In this document: one piece after another, positions 51,653 through 64,000 of the stretch | How positions within the stretch are numbered: the first letter of the stretch is position 1 | Layout: the number at the start of each line of letters is the position of its first letter | Position numbers and translations under genes: made by a program | Source: Lingula anatina | Lineage: Eukaryota; Animalia; Brachiopoda | NCBI GenBank assembly: GCA_051362555.1 | Contig: CM120640.1 | Location: 39,038,788 to 39,102,787, forward strand | Direction: 5' to 3' | DNA: 64,000 nt | The notes under the pieces: generated by a model | The model's input: only the letters and a program-made list of their open reading frames with translations | What the model was told of the DNA's origin: nothing | Database searches by the model: none

Positions 51653-53855
51653 TAAGTAAAGTGGAGTAGGACTCACAATATACCAGCTACTTGCTGTAAA
51701 GGGTGAGGAGAGACAGACAAAGCACGTAACTCGTTTGGAATTTTACAACACATATTTTCAGGTTAAGTGACAAATAACATATAAAATTAACCTTCTTAAA
51801 TTTGAATTGAAAAATATCTTGGATATTTCAGTTGTTATCGCTGAGTCATCCGGGTCATATAACTATACAGTCCCTATATATATACTGCATACACAACCTC
51901 TGAAAAAATTATTTATGTACCCGTTTTTGAGTTCTAAATATATGATTTTCATATAATCACCGCAACTTAATTGTTATTGCCAGTGGGAGTGTGACTCAAA
52001 AATTAGAAATCTAAAGGGTCATTTAGCATCGCGCGGTACTCTTTACTGGTAACTTTGGTAATGTACATATAGTATGTTATATTTGTGAAGATGGACTGCG
52101 CCACTCGACGTAAAAAGGTACATGTATCAGGACTTTAAAATGTTTATCAATCTCAATCCTGGGAGCGGGTTTGAACATAGAATTCCTTATTGACTGGGAG
52201 GAATGTTGAAAGATTGAGTTTTGCTATATAAAAGTCCAATTAATCGGATTAATTGAGTGCCTTTTTACTAATAAAAAGTGAGAAAAGTATGATCTTTAAA
52301 CTTTTTAAAGGAAATCACCATACACCCCAAACACGCCACAAAGTTTGTGTCAGACAGCCCCTAGTTAAATAAACATACGGTTCTGGGTGAAATAATAAAC
52401 TGTTACTTTATAAAATCGCGGGAATATGTTTAACTTTAGGTGATGTTTTATTACTAGTGAAAACTAAGCGATGATAATTGGCACATAAAGATTAAACTAC
52501 CCTTCATCTAGCTGTTGCCTCAGTCTACATTGAACTGTACCTGAGAATTCTGAGGATCTGTGCGTACAATTTTAAAAAGGTCTGGTTACGCCCTTGTGAT
52601 GAACCAATCAAGGTGACAGTTACCTCTCTCTCTCATATTTAAAAAAAAAATTCATTTAGCATTTGCACACGTTTCGCTTGGGATAACAAATACGGAAAAT
52701 GCCCATTGTGCAGTGAAATGGTAACTTTTTGCTCGCCTTCACTTCAGTATTGCTTTTGGATGTGCCGGTGTTTTTGTGTAATTGTGTTATGACGTCAATG
52801 ATATTTGAGAATCCAAGGATAGACCTGTGACAACGGTGCGCGTATAACAGTGATTTTCGTGCTATCTGTAGGCCTACATCCTCTTGTTTTAACATAAACC
52901 TAATCTTGTACACCTGTAATTTATCAGGGAATCGAAATTAAGACAGGTTATCAAAATTGGATAATCCGATTTTGAGAAATTTGTGATTTGTGAAGATTTT
53001 TTTTACCCCGTTAAGGTGTCGTCTAGACCTATAGAAAGGGCTCCTCGCCACGAGAAACACACTGCATCTGTCTACGCGCACAAGAAATTCAATCATTGAG
53101 TCTAAATTTTCATGCCACACCTTTTAATTAAAAATCGCTTAGATAGCATAAAGTTGAGGTATCTTTCAAGAGAAAATAAATAATTGCAAATTGTTCGATT
53201 ACAAGAGGACTTGCATGTTGTGTTTCTAATTTGAAAGGCACAAAATTGGTTGAGTTATTTCACAAAGAATTTATTTTAAAAATTGAGGGAAAGAGATGCT
53301 TCTGTGTAATACTTCTTTGAGGTAAAGAGATGCTTCTGTGTAATACATTCCATTCCGAGAGAGAGATCTTTATTTTGTCATCAATTCTATCACAGATCTT
53401 GTGCAGTAGGCTATGTTAGTCTACAACTATACATTTAACTTCTGTATTAAAGAAAAAAGATCCGAAAATGTAAAAAATAAATAAATAATAAAAAATAACC
53501 AAGGCACTACTTAAAATGTCATTAAAACAATTGACCGCTACATATTACAATGCTTTTAATTAATTCTACATATTTGGATGAGGATTTTAAGGGCTGAAAA
53601 ATGCCTGATTTCATTCTGAGGCACATTAACAAAATAAGTGCCAAATCGTATCTATTACGTACCCTGTACTAGGGCCGCATATTTTATTATGTGCTCTTTT
53701 CTCTGACGCAAAGTCCCGTCATTTTACAAGAGACATATCTGTCATTATCCAGTGAAAAATAAATATTTGACCCTAGTAAAGGGTAAAGGAGAATTTCAAA
53801 AATGCAAAATTGTTTGCAAAGACATTCAAGAAACAAAACATATAACACACGGTCT

Positions 53856-54217
53856 CTAGAAATCTCCCCCTCCGCCACCACCTCCGTCTCCGCCAGAATA
53901 CCCGCCACCGCCACCACCACCACCACCACCACCGCCACCTCCCCAGCTGGAGCCGCCGTGGTGGTGATGATGGTAATGACTTCCTCCCCAGCCTCCACCA
54001 CCGCCGAATCCACCACAACAGGCGCCTCGGACGAAACAGAAGATGGCGACAAAACAAATGCCGAAGAACACTATGACTCCAATGATTATCCCTGCTATCA
54101 TCCCCCCGCTCTCCTCGCCAGTAGAACCGCAGCTGAAGCGACCTAAGAAGACGTCCCTGAAACGAAAGTGGTATAAGGTAAGGGGGCAATTTTGGTGTCA
54201 AATGTCATAATCATGAG

Positions 54218-54283
<66 letters not shown>

Positions 54284-56990
54284 CATTACACATGATAAAC
54301 AGCACTAGTAGTCTTGCCATATATATAACCATATACACGACCACAAACAGAAGCTCTCGGGATCAAGAAATTTAATCTTTTTAACAGGAATATGCATCGA
54401 AACTCATCCTTGGATATTTTCCGCCACAGATACACCTCCTTAAACCAAGACACGTTACATTAAAGGGATAATAATGATAACTCTTCGTATGAGATCTATA
54501 TTTCACAATAAAAACATTGTGAATAACTCATAGAAATATATCCCGTTTTACCACAAGAACGGCAGTTATAGCTATTATTTTGATATCTGAGCTTGTCTTC
54601 AGACCACGTGACCTCCATTGACGGCTATACTCTGTTGTAATCTCTTAAGGGATTTTACCTTTCAATTTATTAAACTGGGAAGAAACATGCATATTTTTCA
54701 TTTCATTTCATTTTTTTAAATCGCCAACATTTTGGGAAAGACGGGAAATCAGCAAAAGGGAGAAAAAATTAAACGCGTTAAACGTATGCACAGTTACATT
54801 TCTGTTCAGAAAATGGAAAAAATTCCACAACCCAAATCAAACTCACCGATAAGAAGAAACCATGGCGTTCAGTCCAGAAGCCCACCGACCATCGCTGAAG
54901 TACGATTTCACTTCTTGCGTCACCTTGTTGATACAGTTATTGGTCAGTTTGAGACGTGCTTTTGGTCCAGTAGAAGTCCATATCTGAAACATTTATTTTA
55001 ATATTTAGCACACCTGGATAATTGCTACAATCAATTGGTGATCAGCATTTGGTTTCTAATATTTTGGGAATTGAACTACAGAAATACATAGGGTTTTATG
55101 AATCAATTTAATCATGCCATTTCAAAATAATAATAAAATGTATTTACTTTTCTGTCTTGGGTAGACAGTACTATAACTACGCTGTCTTGGCAGTAGCCAT
55201 AACCCCAGGAGGTGATACGTAGATAATCGGCGAACTTTTCAATGGCAATCTGTATCTCATTTGACGTGTCAGGAACTCTGAAATATTTTACATAAAAACG
55301 ACGACAATCGTTAATCAAGACAATTAGAATTAACTTAGGCGCATAATTTAAGTCCATTTAATTGACCAAACGCGACGTATACCCGTACAAAACTTAAGTA
55401 AAGGAATGAAAATGAATAAAATATTATCGATGCTTGAAACTAATGAGATACATACCCAGCCGGTAGAGCGAGTTTCGGAACTACAGCTATAGCAACTTGG
55501 TATCCACTTCGATCTGTCGGGCAGTAACCACACGGGCACGGTGTGTCAATACGAATACGATCCAGCTTAACATCAAGCTGGTCACCTGAAATTTAATTTT
55601 TAGACTTGGAATAATATATGTGCATCAAATGCAAAAAAAAAAAAAAAAAAAAAAAAAAACACTAACACTGCTGGACTCCTTTTATTTTTAAGGATGTCAC
55701 CGCCCCTAGACCCAGTCTTTCCTTTCTCCTTTGTTATGTTATCTCTATGGGCAAAAATCATCTGTGTGGTGGGGCTATCACACACACATTCACAATGCGC
55801 GCCAGCACGCACGCACGCACACACTAAATGGATTATCTCTGTACTGTGTGTCGCCTCAGCAAAAAGGTCTACAGAATAATTACTGCCGCCTTAGTAGAGG
55901 GAACTTAATTGTTACCTATCCAGTTAAAGGGGTGCATTATAAAGTTATTCGTAGCGGGATCAAATACTTAGGTTCAGGTGTAGTCAGGGAGCTGAGTCGG
56001 GTGTACTGGTACAGGGGATACACTTGTATATGCTTATCCATATGTACAGCGCAGGTAGACCTATAATTATATGCTTGGTTCACACAGCTGTACATAGGAA
56101 GATGACTTGTACAGCAATTAATAAGCACACTCGCTCGTTATTATCTTAGAGGTGGTAGGTCTGCCTAAATCTCATCTTAGCCAACGCGTATACTTTTTTA
56201 ACAGTACTCGCCATTATCGCAGATAGGGTCGAGGTCTAAAATTGTGCTCAATGATTACCTGAATATGCCAGTGATTATCATGCTAAATAAAATATTTTGG
56301 GCGGATATGTAAGGCCTGTCTTTACATGCAACACAACACCGCAAAAATTACAGACTAACGGGATAATTCCTTTATTTTAGAAAAAAATGAGGCTAACGTA
56401 ACAATGCCTTTGTGCAACAGGTTAACAGCTGTAATGCGGTTGAATTCATCCTGGTGCCATATGACGTCACACTCTGCTGGTAAATCTTACTTTTAAAGTG
56501 ATAATAACTCTTCGTTTCGGCCAAAAAATTAATTTTCCTGGAGTAAACAACAACCGATATTCAATATTTAGCTACAACTCGTTGATCCTTGATCGAATTT
56601 ATATGGAAGGCTGACTTACTGAAACCCATATTTCTCAAAATTTAACAATATCTTGCGCTTTGGGCAACGAGACGACATGTAAACAAAACTCAACATAGGC
56701 CTACTCGTACCTTCGTAGATCTTCAGTATGTTATTCGGATCACAGACCCACGATCTCACCCCATTTCTTCCACACTTGTAGACATCAAATCTTGGATTAG
56801 GGAATTCTTCTTTGGTCCATGCCTGTGGAGGATTAAAAGTTGTCGATGGAGACACGGGTGAGAACGGCCTTGTAGTTGTACTACTTCTGGTCGTGGTACT
56901 GGTTGTAGAAGTACTGCTGGAAGTGGAGGACTGGGCCTCAGCACAATACACTGCACATATACACAGACATATTAACTTTACTGCGTACAT
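53856..56990 (-). CDS. MOLO-1/TPM-domain type I membrane protein paralog B with a Gly/His-rich tail, five coding exons
   Basis: Signal peptide MYAVKLICLCICAVYCAEA; S/T linker; WTKEEFPNPRFDVYKCGRNGVRSWVCDPNNIL; TPCPCGYCP..YQVAIAVVPKL; FADYLRITSWGYGYCQDSVVIVLSTQDRK; IWTSTG..YFSDGRWASGLNAMV; TM IAGIIIGVIVFFGICFVAIFCFV; tail GGFGGGGGWGGSHYHHHHHGG..GGGDF*. Confidence 0.85.
54219..54277. repeat. (TA)n microsatellite
   Basis: Direct reading; longer than the equivalent tract in unit 1 (~46844-46860). Confidence 0.95.
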
Positions 56991-58115
56991 CTCTGTTGAC
57001 TTTTTACTTAAGAGTGATCGTTGAACGCTACATTCGCTTCCTCATGCCGCACCTTGTTGTTAACACGACTCAGAGGCTTCTCGTCGTAATCCCGGACCCG
57101 GAAACAATAATACCCCGTGACACGACTTCCGGTCATTTGTGTCCAGTTTTAGTATGGGGTAGGTGGGGAAGTTTGGCATGGAGTACAGAGTCCCAATATA
57201 CCAGCTACATGCTGTCAAGGGTGAGGAGAGACAGACAGAGCACGTAACTCGTTTGGAATTTCCCAACATATATTTTCAGGCTTAGTGACAAATAACATTT
57301 AATAAAATTTCATAAACAACAAATAAATTTGAATTGAAAAATATTTTGGATATTTCAGTAGTTATCGCTGAGATATCCGAGTTAGTCCCTATATCTCTAT
57401 AAAGTTCCTATATATACTGCAGTATAGTACCAAAGTGTACAGTAGGCCTATACATAACCTCTGAAAAAAATAATTATTAATGTTCCAGTTTTCGAGTTCT
57501 AAATATATAATTTTCTTATATTCACCGCCTCATTGCCAGTGGGAGGGTGACTCACGGTCAAAAATTAGAAATCTAAAGTGCCTTTTCGCATCGAGCGGTA
57601 CTCTTTACTGGACCAGTCCACTTTGCACGTCCTGACAAGCAATTGATAACGCTACACGGAGGAAGGGGGGGGGGGGGGGGATTACTCCCTTTCATCAGTG
57701 TTCCACAGGTTTAAAAGTTAATTTGCTGGCCCGTGGAGTCGAGTGACTGGAACTTTGGTAATGTACATATAGTATATTACTTTTGTGAAGGTGGACTGCG
57801 CCGCTCGACGTAAAAAGTTATCATGACTTAAAAAATGATTATCAATCTTAAATCTGAACATAAGATACCTTATTGATTGGGAGGAATGTTGAAAGATTGA
57901 GTTTTGCTATATAAAGGTACAATTAATCGGATTAATTGAGTGCCTTTTTACTAATAAAAAAAAGTAAAAAAAAGTATTATCTTTAAACTTATTTAATAAA
58001 ATCACCATACAGGCCACAAAATACCTTTTTTGCATTATTGTAGAATAGAACGGAATCCTAAAGTCGTTTTCTGTTTGGTTCATTAATCGCGGTGATGAAC
58101 CAATCAACGTGACAG

Positions 58116-58121
<6 letters not shown>

Positions 58122-58185
<64 letters not shown>

Positions 58186-58351
58186 GGGGCGGATTTAGGC
58201 CGTCTTCTGGGTCTTCCGGAAGACAGTCAGATTTTCAAGTTTACATTGACGGGTATCTAATTTTTTCTGTCGGAATACAGTCAAAAAATGGAGGATGGAT
58301 CAACAAAGATAATGTGGAAGACTGTCAGAAAATATCTCTGGATCCGCCCCT

Positions 58352-58395
<44 letters not shown>
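58122..58395. repeat. (CT)n(CA)n microsatellite interrupted by a CAGGGGCGGAT MITE (58184-58352)
   Basis: Direct reading; the MITE is flanked by CA repeats on both sides. Confidence 0.9.
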
Positions 58396-58398
<3 letters not shown>

Positions 58399-59445
58399 CC
58401 AGCCAGGCAGGCTAGGTCACATTTTCAAGAGTTTATAGGCAACATTATATGTACCGTGTAATAACGAACTATAGCATCTTTGTTACAACCTACAGAAACA
58501 TACCTATGCTATAGGCCCTATTGGTACTACCGTACATAGTTTACTTGTGTTGGACTTCTAGGCCACGAAAATCGAACTAAGCGGTTCTTAACTCGGGATC
58601 ACTCTGTAGGCCTACGTACATACGTGCCCTTGTTTTAAACAAGAGGGACCATCACCGGGGTATCGAAAATAAGACAATTTATTTAAAAGATACTTGCAAA
58701 TCCCCCATACTATCGAGTATCTGTAAAGTGTAACAGTGAAAGATAACGATGCCGTTTATAGCAAGGGTGCCTCGCCAAAATATACACGCAGCCTGGCAAC
58801 GCGCACAAAAATTTCAAAGCTTCATTTAAAGCGGGTCTTATCGTTTAGGACGGGTTATACAGTTCCGTACAAAAAAGCGTTTCTTTTTTCGACTCGATTT
58901 ATCTCCATTTGTGTGCTGCAAGGGGTATTCATCCCGTAAGGGGGATAGGGTGTCGGCTTCGCATCTACGGACCCCTGCCCCCTTCAAGTAATCCTGGATC
59001 CGCCCCTGCATTATATTCCCATAGGGCTTACTATTAGAGTTTTTATCACTTAAGCTACTGAAAATTGCAATGACAACTCGTTTTTAATTATAAGTTTACA
59101 TGGGTGTAGTATTGTGGCAATTTTAGATTGGATTAAAGACACCCCTGCCTAAATGTAATTTTAAAATAGCATTTTATTAAGTTGTTATAAATTCGTTTAT
59201 ATATTATGCTACGTACAAATGCAAATCAAACCCATGATATATAAATAAAAAAGTCAAATAGATCCATAAAAATGATAAATATAATATATAAAATTGCAAT
59301 GTAAAACAATATAAGATTATTAACCTCTAACTGCTTATATCCCATTTAATTGGGATATTTAATTTCATTTCACACTTCGTGTCTATCAAAATCTTTGTTG
59401 AGTTGCCTTAAGTCGTCATAGTCGATGTTCATTTTGAAAATATAA

Positions 59446-59751
59446 AGGGATAATAACTCTTCGTATGAGATCTATATTTCACAATAAAAACATTGTGAAT
59501 AACTCATAGAAATATAATATATTCTGTTTTACCACAAAAACGGCAGTTATAGCTATGATTCTGATATATGAGCTTGTCTTTAGACCATGTGACTTCCATT
59601 TTTTAACAAAAAAACAAACTTTTTAGAAAAAAAAAGACAGGGACTAACTTTGAATGTAAAAATGGATTCATTAACCATTGGTAATTATGGAAAATTGTTG
59701 TTTACTCCAGGAAAATTCATTTTTTGGCCGAAACGAAGAGTTATTATCCCT
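59446..59751. mobile_element. Kolobok-like MITE, full copy
   Basis: Perfect ~19 bp TIR agggataataactcttcgt / acgaagagttattatccct, with TTAA on the right flank. Confidence 0.8.
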
Positions 59752-60300
59752 TTAACATAATTCCTACCTACGACATGTGAAAAATATCTAAAAATGAAAC
59801 TGAGCAATACAATGGCAATCTTGGATAAGAACTCACGCAGGTTTGGTTTCTAGTGAAAAAATTCTATGGGCCAAAGACAATTTTCTTGCACTTACCCTAT
59901 CACAGTGAAGAGTTTCAAACTCTGACATTCATTTATTGAATCGCATTTTTCTAGCTGAAGTCAAGTAACCGGTTTTTGCACATTTTGTATTTTGCTTAAA
60001 ATACGTGCAAGTTGAACAGGGGCAGTAATTTGCTAAGGTCAAATACGTGAAAAGGTCCTGAATGTAACATGTTTTTTAATTGTGAGCACATGTTATTCAA
60101 AAGGAAAATTTAAAAAAATCAGATAAATAAAAATTTTAAAAAGATCTTTTAAAGAATAAAATTGATAGGATCTGTGCTAAAATATGAAGAACATAATGAG
60201 GGTCTAATGGATAAAAATAGATTAAATTAAATTAAATTAAATTAAATTAAATTAAGGATTTTTCCAGTGGCAACGGATTGAGGTAACAAGACAGACTGGT

Positions 60301-62834
60301 TCATGGTTTTCCTGCGGGATGACCGTGTTCGTAACATCCGCCGCAGCAGCATGGGAACACACAACACCCTGGGGCTCGACCGGGACAGCAAATACAGCAA
60401 ATTATCGATATTATCAGAGAGATAACGAGAGAAATCCCAAGAATTATCAACATGATGGCCCACCAAGGCAGATGTGTGTCGTTAATATCCACTCCCGAGT
60501 CGTAGAAATGGTATGTGGAACCGGAGTGGCCGTCATGACTGCTACTGGAGGAACCGGCGCCAGATGAGCCAGATGAACCATGATTCATGTTGGTATTGTA
60601 ATTGTTGTTATTATTGTTATTGTTATTATTGACATTGCTGTTACTGTTGCTGTTAGGTCTACTGCTTAGCTGATGACCAGGCGAATCTTCCGGATTCGGA
60701 CAACTGTTTCCCTGAAATACCTTCCTAAAAATACAGTTGATTTTCAATTGAGTTCTATGAAGACTGGGTTAATGTACATGAACCTTAAATCAACCATGTA
60801 ACAGCGTCATTTGCACATCTTAACGTTTCTCATACATTTATACTTTGTTTATGATTCTTTTCCCAGTTCAATTCACATAGTTGATTTATTTTATTCTTTG
60901 CTCCCTTCTAAGGGTCCAAGATTTATCTTACTTGAAACTTGTAACTATGTACTCCAGCCCCTCGGCGCTGTATGGACCAGAGAAATAAGGCGCAGCTCCC
61001 TGTACTATTTTGGTCAGACACGCCGTGCCTCCTATCTTACTGTTTGCGATGGAACCAGCGTATGCTACCACCTGTAAAGACCAACGGTAGGTAAATTAAT
61101 GAAATAATTACCTGAGGCATGTTTTTTTTATCCCATGCACCCTCTCGCTCATTAAAAACGAATTTTAGATAACACAGCGCGTTGGCTTTGTCCTCCCTCA
61201 TATAAATCACCTGCTAGCTAAATACGACTTCCTGCGGGTCTTTATAATAAGAAACCGGTTAGCTTGTTGGTGTTTAATGAATTTTACGAACAAAAGCGCC
61301 TCACTTAGGAAGAAAAGAAAATTAAATGAATTAATGTGAAACATATTAAAATGCTAAAACCTATAAATGAAACAATAAAAGCCTCACTCTTCTGTCATCC
61401 CGAGAATGCACAATGGTTATGTCATTATCACATGTCCCGAATTTCCACCGACTTGTAGCCAGCTGGGAGACCCAACTTCTCATCTCAGCATCGACACTGG
61501 AACTGTACAGACGTACTTTGGATTAATGGTCATTTCAGATTAATTCAAGTAAATGGTGTTAGTTAGATGGTGTTATTTTTATTTTCTGTGCCAATTTTTA
61601 GTAAATAGAGGATGTATTGGTTCAAATTAATCTCGGTTTAAGATGAACGAATTGATTAAATACACTAAATAGATCCTGAAACACACAGGAGAGAGAGAGA
61701 GAGAGAGAGAGAGATTGACTCTTTTACAGAATATGACCTTATAGAAATACCATTGATTTGTGTCTTCCTACCTGGCAGGCACATCAATTTTAGGCACGAC
61801 CAGAATTGATATGATAATACCGTCTTCGTCTGCGGGGCATTTTGAACTGAAACAAGGGCACGGTGTGGAACTAATGACATCAATGATGGCCAGATCTAGC
61901 CGATCAGCTAGGAATGAAAAGAAAAAAAATGTTTCGAGAAAAACGTCCTTTTACATTTCCAACTAGATGACTAAAGTGATTACTCACGCTCTACTCTTGC
62001 TTCTCAGACTGTTAGTTTGCGTAAAAGCATGAGGGTAGACTATTGGGCGCTAAATACTCCGTTAAACGATCACGTTTTCATATTTTGCTATAATGCCAAA
62101 CTACAACTTTACCACACAGCCGTAATCACAGTATTTTCCAGATCATAATTTCATTTCTTTCTGACCGAGAGTTTCCTTGGAGAATATCGAAATATTTAAA
62201 TTTTTTCTGGCAAAGATTTAAGTCATGTGGTGGTTAGCGATCACAAACATGACACCTTTTGATAAAAAAAACAAGTCGCTATTGTCTGAACAATTGCGTA
62301 TACACAACCTAGTCTCCATGTAGTTTGCGTATAAAAAGAAAAGATTAAAAACAAGCACTTTTAATCAGGAAGCATAACATTTTAAGCTTTAGAGATAAAA
62401 AAAATCCAAAAGTTGTTATGGGCTGATATAGCGTTATGGCGTCTGTACTACAGAGTTGAATTTAATCTTAATACCCCTTTCATAGTTTTCAATTTTATAC
62501 TCAACTCCTCCAAGGCAAAGAGAGTAATAATCAACGAGACTAGGTTTCGAAAAGTGTCTGAACACTATTGCGTAGAGAAGAAACTCCAATCTGCGTGATA
62601 CACCAGATGATACATGTATAATAAGCTGCACAGCTCACCTTGTGCCCTAGTAAGTACAGCTCCAGGATCGCATAGCCACGATTTCAGTTGCCTGCCACAG
62701 TCCCTATAGTTAGTCCTGGGGTTTGGAACATTTTCTATTCTGTAAGACACGGCTGTAATTAAACCCACAAGAGACAATAAAACTAAGAGTTTTACTTCTA
62801 GAGACCTGCTTCTCTCCATACTCGTAGACTCCAT
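60301..62834 (-). CDS. MOLO-1/TPM-domain type I membrane protein paralog C (Asn/Ser-rich stalk, Cys-rich tail), five coding exons
   Basis: Signal peptide LLVLLSLVGLITA; SYRIENVPNPRTNYRDCGRQLKSWLCDPGAVL; TPCPCFSSKCP..IISILVVPKI; RWKFGTCDNDITIVHSRDDRR; VVAYAG..YFSGPYSAEGLEYIV; KVFQGNSCP, poly-Asn, TM WWAIMLIILGISLVISLIISII, CCICCPG..CCVFPCCCGGC. Same exon layout as paralog B. Confidence 0.85.
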
Positions 62835-64000
62835 GCCCGATGTTGTTGTTTTGACCGCATTTGGAAGTCGCTCAACGAGAATATTCAGCATATGGTGAGT
62901 AAGCTGAGCTATTTTTACCGGTTTAACGGCCTTAGGCCTATCCTTTGAAACTAGTTTCACCTGTATAAAACGAATGGATATGCACGATTCATTAACTCTT
63001 GGAAAGCTACTTATTTCAGTAGATGGAGGATTCGAGAAGACCCAGATAGTGAGTTGCGTGTATTAAGTGCATTAATAACTGAGTAATAAAAAGTAAGTAA
63101 AACAAGCTGCTGTTTTGATGGACTGGTCCGGAAGTTTAAACCAGGTCAGAATAAATTTGTGCCTTTATTAAGCTTACCTGGTAAAGTAAAATGCTTAGTG
63201 CAGGTTCTAGAAATTTAAGCCAGCGCTTGCTAGTTAAGCCTCACCTTGAAATCTGCAGCAGAAACTTTTATGAACGCCTGATGTTCTAGGCTCGTTCAGT
63301 GCATGAACCTAGATATCATACCTAACCATCATCATTATTATTATTATTATCGTGAAATACTATTTAATGATTCAGTTTACTAATATTTTTTCCTATATAC
63401 TAAACTGCAAATCTTAGATTACTGCTCAATTTAAAAGAACATCGAATTGAATTTAATCCTAATGTAAATATATGCATTTAAAACTGGAGACAAACTTAAT
63501 TCAGAAAACTTTGGGAGAAAAAAGTGTCTCATTTGGTTCTGTTGAGGGCAGCGTTATTTTTTTCCAAAGGGCCTTTTATGTGTCAGTGTGTTAGGTGTAG
63601 GGTTACTCACTTTCTTGTCGCCCCCGTTGAATGCCTCAAGTGTATTACAACGTATCTAACACAATGATTCCTCCTCCCACTTATTTGAGAAGGGCTATTG
63701 CTTAATAATCTTGTAATGATCTTCTCCCAATCTTGAGGATTATCATGACAACTGGCAGTACATAGAGATAAGCTAATACCAAAATATAAGCATAGAGTCT
63801 GTATATTTTTCGGAATTTGAAATTAATGAATTAAGCATTTGTTGGGATATCAATCTCTCTTGGATCATTAAAGGTAAAATATTGACGGTCGAGGTAGAAA
63901 ATCGGGTCTAACAGACTGAGTCATTACATGATTTGACTTCCTTTGTGCTCACATTATCTGTTCTACAGTGCTGCTTGTTTACTTTTTTACATGTATATGT

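Larger units (their letters stand above)
43918..58125. repeat. Recent tandem segmental duplication: unit 1 ~43918-52630, unit 2 ~52831-58125
   Basis: Long collinear high-identity blocks, e.g. 44230-44670 vs 52875-53360, 46000-47000 vs 53390-54430, 48330-49110 vs 55285-56070, 51670-52300 vs 57190-57990. Confidence 0.92.

Noticed and set aside
63270-63320. Short hairpin tgatgttctagg...cctagatatca as a possible miRNA
   Set aside because: The stem is too short and bulged, with no recognisable mature miRNA sequence.

Overview
AT-rich, intron-containing animal genomic DNA, probably an invertebrate or lophotrochozoan (inferred from the gene set and TE types); it is not prokaryotic. I reconstructed the spliced genes by reading exons; exon boundaries are manual and approximate. 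In order: RNF25 (-) head-to-head with DNTTIP1 (+); a tandem pair of nearly intronless TRPV-type channel genes (+), the first frameshifted; a stranded mucin-stalk/TM exon (-); GPATCH3 (+); a small stathmin-like gene (-) head-to-head with MTFP1 (+); an RRM/F-box/LRR gene (-); and three tandem MOLO-1/TPM-domain single-pass membrane genes (-). Two of the TPM genes arose by a recent segmental duplication, one of them is frameshifted, and their Gly-rich tails resemble those of bacterial TPM proteins. The intergenic DNA holds many non-autonomous DNA transposons (Academ-like foldback, Tc1 relic, PIF-, Kolobok- and Tc1-type MITEs, a Helentron-like repeat) and an inverted pair of Penelope-type minimal hammerhead-like motifs inside a (TA)n tract.
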